A DNA stretch of 64,000 nucleotides from positions 6,572,001 through 6,636,000 of the forward strand of contig CATNEN010000038.1 in NCBI GenBank assembly GCA_950097015.1, read 5' to 3'. The translations under genes were made by a program, and so were the position numbers. The DNA comes from Macrostomum hystrix. Lineage: Eukaryota; Animalia; Platyhelminthes. The stretch's first letter is position 1; each line of letters opens with the position of its first letter. The notes beneath the pieces are model-generated. The model saw only the letters and a program-made list of their open reading frames with translations, was not told where the DNA came from and did no database searches. This document shows, one piece after another, positions 42,702 through 54,200 of this stretch.

Positions 42702-45700
42702 TCATGGCTTCACAGCTGCGGGCTGTTCCAGCACCTGCACCCGAACCCGGCTCGTGACGCAGAGCACTGGATAGAGGCTGCTACATCTGGTGGTCAGGGG
42801 TTCGACTCCGCACACGGGAGCCGCCGTTGAGTCGTCGCCAGCTTCGGCAATCTCGTAGGCCAGAGAGGCCGGACCTCGCGGTGGCAGCGACAGACGGAGT
42901 CGGAGGCGCAGAGGAAAGCCGCTGCTGTTGCTGCTGCTGCTGCTCAACGGAAGGCGGCACACTGGTCTCTGCTGGCCCGGACAGTCTGCCAGCCTGCTGG
43001 GCGAAACGAAGGCCACGCATTTGTTGGTGACAATCAGGCCGTAGCCGACGTCGCCAAGTAATAGACGCTGCTGCGCTGCCGAAGAAGCCGACGAGGAAGA
43101 AGAACCGGTTGATAATCGACGCTCCGACACGCCGGTGGAGACAAGAATGTCGGACAGAGTCGGCTGCGATTGGTGCGCAGCCGGGCTAGCTAAGCCAATC
43201 AATATTGTCCAGCTGGCTCCGTTGGAGATCACGCAGTCGGGACTGAACACGGCGGTGGCGAAGCCCCAGGTGGAGGCTTCCCGAGGCAGCGGCGGCGGCG
43301 GCGGCGGCGTTGATGCGGAATTCTCAGCGCTGCAGCTGCTACTGCGAGTAGGATTAGCAGATTTTGTGACAGCGGCGGATTGTTTTGTCACGGACGACGC
43401 GTCGACAATGTCAGACACTGGTCGAACCGCGTCCGTATGAGGGCGCCTGGATATTTGTGAGTGGGTTTCAGAAAAAACTTGAGGATCTAGGAAGAATTTC
43501 TAAAAGAATTTGAGGATCTGGAAGGATTGGAGTTCAACCATAGAAACATTTGATCAATGGCGCACCGCCTGACAATCTGATCCCGCGTCGACTCGTCCTT
43601 ATCCTTATCGCCGGCTGTTCGAGCTGGCAGCAGCCAGGCGTCGGCGAGGTGTCGCCGAAGGCGGTCGCAGAACTCGGCCGGCAGCTGCCTGGCCTCGGCG
43701 GTGCGCGCCTCCAGGCCAACCCGGAGCCCGGCGCCCGCATCGGCGAGGGCTCGGGCCTTTGCGGAGCAGCGATCGACCTGCCGCTGCCCGGCCAGGTAGG
43801 CGGCTTCGTCGGCATCGTCGAGGTCGTCGGGGGTAGGTCGATTGGCGACGACGTCAGGGGAATCGCCGACGGACAGAGCTGGCGTCGGTGAAGTCTGCTG
43901 GAGCAGCTGGCGCGACACGCGAGCAAGGCGAGATGAGAGCCGATTCTAGTAGACAAATTTTAGTTTTTCAAATCAAACAGGATTATCCCATTATCCAACA
44001 AGATTATCCTATCATTTTACTGTAGGATTCCATCATCCAACTGTAGGATTCCATCATCCAACTGTTGGGTTCCATCATCCAACTGTAGGATTCCATCATA
44101 AAACAAGGTTATTCCATCATATTCCACAGTTTCGCACCTGGGCTGCCAGCTGTCTGTCAAGCCGCGCTGCCGCCTCGGTCGCGTCGTCCAGAGCCGCCGC
44201 CCGCTCCTCTGCGTCGGCCCGGACGGCCCGCACAGCCGCCACGAGGTCCATCGCGGCTTGCCGGCTTTGCAGCTCCAGGCCACGTCGGGCATCAGTTAGC
44301 GTCGCCCGCAGTCGGTCCCGAGCTCGACGAGTTGCGGCGGCTTCTCGATCAACTTCCAGAGCCAGCGCGGCGGCTTTCTCGCCCAAGTCTCGCCGTTTCG
44401 CCAGTCTGGCCTCGGCCGCGGCGGTCAGTGTGATCAATGCGTGCCCAGCGTGAGTAGACGATGAAGAACCCGACGCCGAATCGTCGGCGCCAGCGACGGA
44501 CGGCGAAGCGACCAGGCAGTCGGTGCAGACGCCGATGTTGCAGGTGCTGCAGTGCAGGCGAATCTGGTTCGGCGGATGGCGCTGACAAAGCCGACTGGCG
44601 CGATGGCTTAAGCCGACGGCCGCTGACGTCTTCAAAAATGTCGGTAACGGCGGCGTTGACTGACCTCGCCGATGTCGAAGCGATCGACGAAGCTTTCTAA
44701 GAACGTCGGCTTCCCCGGCTAGCTGGACAACGGCGTGACGACGCAGAGGGCCAAGGGCCGGGTGGTAGCGCCGGAGACAGTCCTGACAGTAGGCCACCTC
44801 GCACTGCGGACAGTACAGCTCAGCTAAGCGGCTGCAGATCGGAAATTAAACTTTTAGCGCAACTTTAATCAGATTATTAGGTGAAAACAGACCAGATTAC
44901 CACTTGAGAATAAATAAGATAAGCATGTGAAAATTGATCAGATTAACATGTGAGAATTGATCAGATTAACATGTGAGAATTGATCAGATTAACATGTGAA
45001 AATTGATCAGATTAACATGTGAAAATTGATCAGATTAACATGTGAGAATTGATCAGATTAACATGTGACAATTGATCAGATTAACATGTGAAAATTGATC
45101 AGATTAACATGTGAGAATTTATCAGATTAACATGTGAGAATTGATCAGATTAACATGTGAGAATTGATCGGATTAACACCTGGAAATTGATCAGATTAGC
45201 AAGTAAGAATCGACCAGTTTAATAATCGACTTTTGATAGCATTAGATTACGAACCAGTATTATGAAAACTTACCTTTCATTATCAGCGCGGCACATTTCG
45301 CACATCAAGTTGGCACAGTCATCGTCACCCTGTGATCGCCTCAGCAATGGCTGCTGCTGCTGCTTCTGCTTCAGGAGCTCCGCCTGCTTGACCTGACGCT
45401 CCCTTGCTCGACTGCGGCGCTGTTGGTCGTCTCGAAACCGGCCTACAAAAGCGGCTAGGGCCAGGTTTCTAGGCAGGCCGGACACCAGCTTGTTGACCTC
45501 GCCGACGGAGCTGCCAACAGCCAGTTCGGCTCGACACTGAGGACAGCGGCGACCAACCGAGGTCAGCGTTCGCCTCAGGCACTCGCGGCAGAGACTGTGC
45601 GAGCAGGGCAGCACCACGGGATCGACGAATAGGTCCAGGCACACCGGACAGGTCAACTCGTCTTCCAGGTCGTCCGCCGAGGCGGCGGCGACCGACTGGC

Positions 45701-45707
45701 GGTCCAT
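42702..45707 (-). CDS. TRIM E3 ligase (RING, B-box1, B-box2, coiled coil, divergent SPRY-like end), TRIM9/67-like; exons 45707-45274, 44831-44138, 43945-43566, 43446-42702
   Basis: RING LTCPVCLDLFVDPVVLPCSHSLCREC...CPQC, LPRNLAL. B-box1 CEMC...CPQCEVAYCQDC...HPALGPLRRH (cf. TRIM9 CHPPRGPLAKH). B-box2 CQRH...HCSTCNIGVCTDC...HAGH. C-terminal LYPVL. Junction phases are consistent. Confidence 0.88.
44925..45200. repeat. Minisatellite, 23-bp unit GATTAACATGTGAGAATTGATCA, TRIM intron 1
   Basis: Tandem periodicity. Confidence 0.93.
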
Positions 45708-45789
45708 CTGAATGAGGGCGGCTGCGCGAATGAGCGAGCTCAGAACACAGAATTCGATTTTAAAGTACTCTGACGCCTAGAGTAAGAGA

Positions 45790-46105
45790 CTGAGAAGGCG
45801 AGAGACTGGGAGGGCGAGAGACTGGGAGGGCGAGAATCTGGGAGGGCGAGAGATTGGGATGGCGAGAGACTGGGAGGGCGAGAGACTGGGAGGGCGAGAG
45901 ACAGGGGGGCGAGAGACGGGGAGGGCGAGAGACTGGGAGGGCGAGAGACTGGGAGAGCGAGAGACTGGGATGGCGAGAGACTGGGAGGGCGAGAGACTAG
46001 GAGGGCGAGAGACAAGAAGGCGAGAGACTGGGAGGGCGAGAGACTGGGAGGGCGAGAGACTGGGAGGGCGAGAGACTGGGAGGGCGAGAGACTAGGAGGG
46101 CGAAA
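45790..46105. repeat. Minisatellite, 16-bp unit GGGAGGGCGAGAGACT
   Basis: Tandem periodicity, between Gemin7 and TRIM. Confidence 0.94.
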
Positions 46106-46743
46106 GACTAAAGCTAAAGCCTCGAAAGACGAGGGCGAAAGCTAAGGCTACGAAATACATGCAATAATTATTTCAAGCATTAAATTAATAGACGAAAAAG
46201 AGACAAAATTAGAAAAACGTTAAGTTGAATTGCAAGTAATTTTTATTTTTGAATTAGTGCATGCAGTAATCAATGCTTTAAGGATATGTACATAGATTAT
46301 TACAGGGATAGCGGACTTTAGTTCTCGAGTTTGAAATACGCCAAATACACTACTTACTGAGCAGTAGCGCTAAAATTAGGCCGCTAAACTTTTTAAGTAC
46401 AAGCAAATATTTATAAAAGTAGCAACACTTGCTAAAAGGCGAGAAAATTTTTTGTTTCTTAAAAAAGCAACAATTTATCCTGACAAAAAAGGTTAATTAT
46501 GAGGATAAATTATCAAGAAAATGTACTGAGATGTTACGCATGTTTCTTACGCACTGTACTCTCTATGAGGAAAATTCGCTTCAATTGTCATCTCATTAAC
46601 ACGTCCATCTTACTACTGTGAGTAGACATTTTCTAGCAAAACTCTATACATATATAGATAATGCACTGAAGAAAATATTTGTGACGGAGTGAATGCTAAA
46701 AAATTGTTTTTTTTAGAAAACTCGAAATTCGCATCGCTTGTTG

Positions 46744-47043
46744 TTAAGCGTCGGCGGCTTCCTTAGCAACGGTCATGGAGACCACATCGCCAGTTCGAAT
46801 CAGTGCCCGTTCTAGTCGGCCAAGGGGAGCGGCCAGACCTCCAAGACAGAGCGAGGCGAAGTCGATGTCAGCCGCCAGGAACTGTTCGGCGCCGACCGAG
46901 ACTCGGCCGTGCAGGTCGAGACGAACCGGCCGGCCTTCGGATGCTTCGAGGCAGCGCAGGAAACGGCCGCGCAGATTGGCTCGATGATCGGCTTCGGTTG
47001 CTGAGCCGTTGCCAAGGCTTTTAGAGTCTGCAGTGTCAGTCAT
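46744..47043 (-). CDS. GEMIN7: Gem-associated protein 7 (SMN complex, Sm-like fold), single exon
   Basis: RANLRGRFLRCL..GRPVRLDLHGRVSV..FLAADID..LAAPLGRLERALIRTGDVVSM aligns with Gemin7 RAALRERYLRSL..FTLHEGVRV..FGATDLD..LQTPIGVQAEALLRCSDIISY. Confidence 0.9.
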   Translation of the reverse strand: MTDTADSKSLGNGSATEADHRANLRGRFLRCLEASEGRPVRLDLHGRVSVGAEQFLAADIDFASLCLGGLAAPLGRLERALIRTGDVVSMTVAKEAADA

Positions 47044-47071
47044 TGGGAAGAGTGCTCAAACTGAATAGACT

Positions 47072-49069
47072 CTAGGATGTTCCAATGACGAATAGAGTAG
47101 AGTTGCTAGGCGGTATCCGGGTGGCCAACGGTCCGTAATGCGGAGCGACGTAGTAAGAATTATCGGCCGGGCGAACAATTTGCAAACTGATGAGGATCAC
47201 GTCCAGCAGGTGAAGGAACCCGAAACCGCCAAAGGTGAAGAGTTTGGCTAGGCCAATAGCCGGATAGCCCAGGTAGAATCTATCTAAGCCAAGGAAGCCG
47301 GTGAATACTGACAGCAGGACGGCTATGTGGAACTGCTTGCCGTTGGTCCAGCGGCAGCTGACGGTGGATTGAAAGCAGCGAAGCTAAAATGGTTGTATAT
47401 GGAAGTTTATAAGAATTCGTTTTAGTTCTGACTACATGGCACGATTTTCTTAAGATGATCTCAAATCGAAAGACTGGCATGGCGACTGGGAAGGCGAAGG
47501 ACTGGGAGGGCGAAGGATTGGGATGGCGATCGACTGGGAGGGCGAGGGACTAGGAGGGCGAGGAACTAGGAGGGCGAAGGACAGGGAGGGCGAGTGACTG
47601 GGGGCGAGGGACTAGGTGGGCGAGGAACTAGGAGGGCGAAGGACAGGGAGAGCGAAGGACTGGGAGGGCGAGGGACTAGGAGGGCGAGGGACTAGGAGGG
47701 CGAAGGACAGGGAGAGCGAAGGACTGGGAGGGCGAGGGACTAGGAGGGCGAGGGACTAGGAGGGCGAAGGACTGGGAGGGCGAAGGATTGGGATGGCGAT
47801 CGACTGGGAGGGCGAGGGACTAGGAGGGCGAGGAACTAGGAGGGCGAAGGACAGGGAGGGCGAGTGACTGGGGGGGCGAGGGACTAGGTGGGCGAGGAAC
47901 TAGGAGGGCGAGTGACTAGGTGGGCGAGGAGCTAGGAGGGCGAAGGACAGGGAGAGCGAAGGACTGGGAGGGCAAGGGACTAGGAGGGCGAGGGACTAGG
48001 AGGGCGAAGGACTGGGATGGCGAATGACTAGGAGGGCCAGGGACTAGGAGGGCGAGGAACTAGGAGGGCGAAGGACAGGGAGAGCGAAGGACTGGGAGGG
48101 CGAGGGACTAGTTGGGCTTGGGACTGGGAGAGCGAAGGACTGGGAGGGTGAAGGACTGGGAGGGCGAGACTAAGATGGCGAGGGATTTTGAGGGCGAAGG
48201 ATTGGGAGGGCGAAGGATTGGGATGACGAGGGACTGGGAGGGCGATCGACTGGGAGGGCGAGGGACTAGGAGGGCGAGGAACTAGGAGGGCGAAGGACTG
48301 GGAGGGCGAGAGACTAAGACGGCGAGGGACTGGGAGGGCGAGGGACTAAGACGGCGAGAGACTGGGAAGGCGAGGGACTAGGAGGGCGAGGGACTGGGAT
48401 GGCGAATGACTAGGAGGGCGTGGAACGAGGACGAGGGAGTGGGAGGGCGAGGGACTAGGAGGGCGAAGGATTGGGATGGCAAAGGATTGGGATGGCGAAG
48501 GACTAGGAGGGCGTGGGACTGTGAGTGCGTAGGACCGGGAGGTTGATAAGCTAGCTACTAAACTGCTGTAAGCTGCTAATCAATCAACAGAGATCATGCA
48601 GAAGCACCGGGATAGCCGACATTGATGAAATCTGAGATCAACTCACCGTAGATAATCGATCAGCGGCAGGACCAGCGCTGCTAATAAAAGCTGACGGACA
48701 AAGGAAGTCGCCGGAGCAGGTGATGTTGTCGGCTAGTTCGCAAAGCACGGGCGCAACGCCCAGCCGACTGCAGTTGACGGCCTGCTGAGTGGCCGGGTCA
48801 ATGTCCGGCTCGGAGCAGAGAAATTGACCAACGCGCAGCTGGTCGCAGGAGGTCGACGGCAACTGGCGCGACAATCTCAGCTGCTGCGGCGACGAGGCGG
48901 CCGACGGTGACAAAGCTGTCGACTCGGTCGAAGTCAGCTGACCGGCTACTGGGTATTGGGAGATTTCGAGAGCAGCCAGCAGCAGTAGCAGCAACGGCAG
49001 TAAAACTCGGGCCTGACGCCAGCAATTAAAGCAGAAAATGCGACAAACTCTGATGACGCTAGCGAGCTG
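47072..49069 (-). CDS. TM2D1: TM2 domain-containing protein 1; exons 49069-48647 and 47383-47072
   Basis: Signal peptide VLLPLLLLLLAALE; CDQLRVGQFLCSEPDIDPATQQAVNC..C..NITC. Exon 2 reads CRWTNGKQFHIAVLLSVFTGFLGLDRFYLGYPAIGLAKLFTFGG...DVILISLQIVRPADNS. Phase-0 junction; stop TAG at 47074-47072; no in-frame ATG in exon 1. Confidence 0.92.
47485..48540. repeat. Minisatellite, 16-bp unit GGGAGGGCGA(G/A)GGACT, TM2D1 intron
   Basis: Tandem periodicity; near-identical unit to 45790-46105. Confidence 0.94.
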
Positions 49070-49204
49070 CTGCAAAGGAAAATTTGTGAAAAACTAGTTT
49101 TTTTCCGTTGGTACCAACATAGCTATGGTGTGGCTCAGTGCACATTAGAGTGCTTCGACTTTTAGGCGGAGTGAGGTTGGAGTGAATCAGTATACATGTA
49201 CATT

Positions 49205-49430
49205 GGGGTAGTGAAGTTAGCATGCCTACGTGTACATTGGGGCGGTTTAGGCGGAGTGAGGTTGGCATGCCTAAGTGTACATTGGGGTGGTTTAGGCGGA
49301 GTGAGGTTGGCATGCCTAAGTGTACATTGGGGTGGTTTAGGCAGAGTGAGGTTGGCATGCCTAAGTGTACATTAGGGTGGTTTAGGCGGAGTGAGGTTGG
49401 CATGCCTAAGTGTACATTGGGGTGGTTAAG
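49205..49430. repeat. Tandem repeat, 45-bp unit, ~5 copies
   Basis: GAGGTTGGCATGCCTAAGTGTACATTGGGGTGGTTTAGGCGGAGT periodicity. Confidence 0.92.
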
Positions 49431-50009
49431 GCATTTTGAAGTGTAGGTTTGTAGGTTTGTTTGTAGGCATGTTTTCGGATCATTGTACTTCCTATGGAAA
49501 ATATATGTACGTACTATAAATAAAAAAGTAGAAATGCTAATGAAAAAGCCTAGATAAAATGAGGCAAATAAAAAGAACACACCAGACGACACAGAATTTT
49601 TCAAAAAAAGAAAAGAAACATTTTTTCGTTCCATTGACAGTTATTTTTTAAAAGAAGCAAAGTTTCTGCTCCAGTATATTCAAGCTAGCTAGCTTGAGGA
49701 CATGCAAGAAAGCATTTAATGCATATAACAGTAAAAAGCAAAGTGCAAAAGTTAATCAGAAGAATAACTGACTTCGTATCATCAATCCCAAGATAAAATG
49801 CAGACTTGCAGACATTTTACTACCACTTGACTAATGTACGAGCCAAAACTATAGGTGAAAATATTTTATGTTTTAGTAATCAATTTGTAAGATCACTTTT
49901 AAACCAAATTGATGGTACTGCTGTTTACTGATACAAATAGTTCAATGCTATATGGATCTATGTTCTATAAGGTGGTCGATTTTTACAAGAAACCCTAGAA
50001 GATGCTTTT

Positions 50010-50850
50010 GGGTGGTTGGCTCTCGCGGAGGGAGGTTGGCCTAGAGTGTGCGTACATCGGGGTGGTTGGCGCCCTGCGGAGGGAGGTTGGCCTAGAGTGT
50101 GCGCAGATCGGGGTTGTTGGCGCTTGGAGGGAGGTTGGCCTTGCGTGTGCGTACATCGGGGTTGTTGGCGCTTGGAGGGAGGTTGGCCTTGCGTGTGCGT
50201 ACATCGGGGTTGTTGGCGCTTGGAGGGAGGTTGGCCTTGCGTGTGCGTACATCGGGGTTGTTGGCGCTTGGAGGGAGGTTGGCCTAGAGTGTGCGCACAT
50301 CGGGGTGGTTGGCGCCCTGCGGAGGGAGGTTGGCCTAGAGTGTGCGCACATTGGGGTGGTTGGCGCCCTGCGGAGGGAGGTTGGCCTAGAGTGTGCGCAC
50401 ATCGGGGTAGTTGGCGCCCTGCGGAGGGAGGTTGGCCTAGAGTGTGCGCACATAGGGGTTGTTGGCGCTTGGAGGGAGGTTGGCCTAGAGTGTGCGCACA
50501 TCGGGGTTGTTGGCGCTTGGAGGGAGGTTGGCCTAGAGTGTGCGCACATCGGGGTTGTTGGCGCTTGGAGGGAGGTTGGCCTAGAGTGTGCGCACATCGG
50601 GGTAGTTGGCGCCCTGCGGAGGGAGGTTGGCCTAGAGTGTGCGCACATCGGGGTTGTTGGCGCTTGGAGGGAGGTTGGCCTAGAGTGTGCGCACATTGGG
50701 GTGGTTGGCGCCCTGCGGAGGGAGGTTGGCCTAGAGTGTGCGCACATCGGGGTTGTTGGCGCTTAGAGGGAGGTTGGCCTAGAGTGTGGGTACATCGGGG
50801 TGGTTGGCACCCTGCGGAGGGAGGTTGGTCTAGAGTGTGCATACATAGGC
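50010..50850. repeat. Tandem repeat, 48/51-bp units, ~17 copies
   Basis: GGAGGGAGGTTGGCCTAGAGTGTGCGCACATCGGGGTTGTTGGCGCTT periodicity. Confidence 0.95.
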
Positions 50851-51204
50851 GTGGTTGACAAGATCAATTAGGCGGCATATGACTATAGATTTGTTAAATC
50901 AATGTGAACTAATTAAGATATTTAAATACTGACATAAGATTATGCTTAAAGAAACGCGTGCTTGTTAATCGGATCGCACCAAATAGGTTTTAATTCAATC
51001 ATCTTAACAAAAAATTTATGTCAAAGACATGCCTTTCGAATAATTTGCCTCACAGGATTCGCATTTACTTATTTTAAGATAGCAATACGCTATTGAACCA
51101 CTCTATAATAAGCAACAAACCAGAACCGGCAGTTAAAAGGTTAGAATTTATTAATTCAACGCTAAAAGCTGTTCCAAACAATTTCCGCGCGTTTCTATCA
51201 TCGA

Positions 51205-54200
51205 TCACAAATCCTGGTCGGCCTCAGGGCAATCAGAATGACAGCCGTCATCTTCGACGTCGGCAGGAGCAGCTTTGGCGATGGTCGGGCTAGTGTCCGT
51301 GCCGAAGTAGCGATCGCCGAAGTTGCCCATACCCGGCTCAATCTGGCAGGAGGCGGACAGAACCGGATCCACCGCAGCTGCCACCAGCCGGACATTCGGA
51401 AAGGCGTAGGCAACCGCTGCCAGGCCGGCAGCCGCCGCAAGCAGACAGCAGAAGGTGATGTTCTCCTCGCGACAGTCGTGATCTAGAAGCACCCGGATGG
51501 CCATCATCGCCGCGGCTCCGGTGGCCACCGTGGCATCCATCAGAATCACCTGAGCGAGTAGTCGGCGGGGTTTAAATTAAACTGGCTTTCACTAAATCCA
51601 TTAGAAATTAATGACTCTCTTATTCACACTTTTCATTCGTTCACTCTCTCATTCACTCAGTCTCTCATTCACTCAGTCTCTCATTCACTCAGCCTCTCAT
51701 TCACTCAGTCTCTCATTCACTCAGCCTCTCATTCACTCAGTCTCTCATTCACTCAGCCTCTCATTCACTCAGCCACATTTATTGATTTTTCTTCACAAGT
51801 CACAACCACACTGTACTACTCATAGAGTTTAGCCGCATAAGTAGTGCAGTGGCAAAAAATGTTATTTAATTCAGTCGCACAGTATAAGCAAAGTCTCACC
51901 TGAGCATCAGAGGTGCCTGGCGGCAGACGCAGGTAGTGCAGCTCCGGCTCTCCCGTGTCGCCATTAGTCTGTATAAGTATTTTACCCAGCCTGGCGTCCT
52001 TAGCGACCGCAGCTAGGGCCGGCTCCATTGTCTCGCCGGCGCGCAGGATACTGACGCCAACTATCACGGGGTCCAATCGGCGAAGGCCTCTAGTTGATAA
52101 AAAAATTAATTAACGCTACTTTGAGAGACGACAATGACATCATTTTCCTGACTAAATTCTCCGCAACTCACCTGTAGGCCGAGCCGTCAGGCAGATTGAC
52201 ATCAACCGGCGCCCAGGCCCTGTCCGGCAACTCAGCCATGGCGCACTCAAACAGAAGCCGCATGAGCCTGTTTGAGTAAAACACAAACTGGTCCCTGGCT
52301 GTGTCACGATTGCGCAATAGGGTGAGCAGGTGGCGAACCTGGTGGGTCTGGGGCAGGACTCGGACGCTGGCAGGCAGGCGCTCCGGTTGCTATGGCGACA
52401 GAGATGGAGAAGGCAATACTCGATGATTGCAGTTTTTCTTTATAAAAGATCATACTTCAAAAACCCGATAGTTTAAGGAAACCCTAAATTCGGAAAACTG
52501 AAATTTTCGGGAATCTCTATTTCTGAAAACGGAAACTTTCGGGAATCCCCATTTCTGAAAACTGAAACTTTCGGAAATCCCCATTTCTGAAAACTGAAAC
52601 TTTCTGAAATCCCCATTTCTGAAAACTAAAATTTTCGGGAATCCCCATTTCTGAAAACTGAAACTCTGAAATCCCCATTTCTGAAAACTGAAACTTTCGG
52701 GAATCCCTAAGATCGAAGAACCCGAAAATTTCGGGAATCTTTCAGCTCAAGACAACCGAAACTTTCGGGAATCCGGGTCTAAGAAAACTGGAATTTTCGC
52801 GAGCTCTACTAAAAGAAATTTTGTTTCTTTTTTTCGGAAATCAGAAAAAATCGGGAAATGTAGTCAAAGAGAAAATGGAATTGCTGGACAAGCAGGGCTC
52901 TCACCAGAGACTTGTCACCGTAGGCTTCGGCCAGCTGTGAGCGCGTGCTAACACCCCGCAGCACCAGCTGATTTCTCACGTGCCGACAAATCAGATCGAT
53001 GGCCACCTGATTCTGACCGCCCCTGGGCACAATGACGTCCGCTTTGCAGCGGGTCGGAGCGATGAACTCGTCGAAGCTTGGCTTCACAAACCTCTCGTAG
53101 CTATCTAGAACGCTCTGCACTGTGCGGCCGCGCTCGCGAATGTCCCGAAGCAGCCGTCTGGCCAAGCATTCGTCTTCGTCCGTGTCAACAAACACCTGGC
53201 CCATTGCGGGATTGGAGAGGCGGCGAGACGCGGAGTTACAGACTCTTACAGAGGACAGGAGCATTTACAGACACAAACAGGCACTTACAGACACAAACAG
53301 GCACTTACAAACACAAACATGCATTTACAGAGACAAATAGGCATTTTGAGACACAAACAGGCAATTACAGACACAAACAGGCACTTACAGTCATTTACAG
53401 ATACTAATAGGCACAAACAGGCACATACAGGCACAAACAGGCACATACAGGCACAAACAGGCATTTACAGTCATTTACAGATACTAATAGGCACAAACAG
53501 GCACATACAGGCACAAACAGGCATTTACAGTCATTTACAGATACTAATAAAACAGGCACATACAGGCACAAACAGGCATTTACAGACACAAACAGGCATT
53601 TACAGACACAAACAGGCATTTTGAGACACAAACAGGCATTTTGAGACACAAACAGGCATTTTGAGACACAAACAGGCACTTACAGACACAAACAGGCACT
53701 TACAGACACAAACAGGCATTTTGAGACACAAACAGGCATTTTGAGACACAAACAGGCACATACAGGCACAAACAGGCACTTACAGACACAAACGCATTTT
53801 GAGACACAAACAGGCACATACAGGCACAAACAGGCACTTACAGACACAAACGCATTTTGAGACACAAACAGGCACTTACAGACACAAACAGGCATTTACA
53901 GACACAAAAACAGGCATTTTGAGACACAAGCAGGCATTTTGAGACACAAACAGGCATTTACAGACACACACAGGCATGTACAGACACAAACAGGCACTTA
54001 CAGTCATTTACAGGCACTAACAGACACAAACAGGCACTTACAGGGACAAACAGGCATTTACAGACAGATAATTGCCGAGCGCACCTTCAAATCAATGAGG
54101 TCTAGTAGGCGACTGTCGCAGAAGGCCAGGATGCCCTCAAAGATGATGACATTGGCGCCGTAGATCACCTGAGTCCTACCCTTGACCCTGGCATTGCTGG

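Noticed and set aside
49958-50858. Repetitive protein from 48/51-bp units
   Set aside because: The units are multiples of 3, but four frames on both strands are open and I see no coding bias or splice context. It cannot be fully excluded without RNA data.
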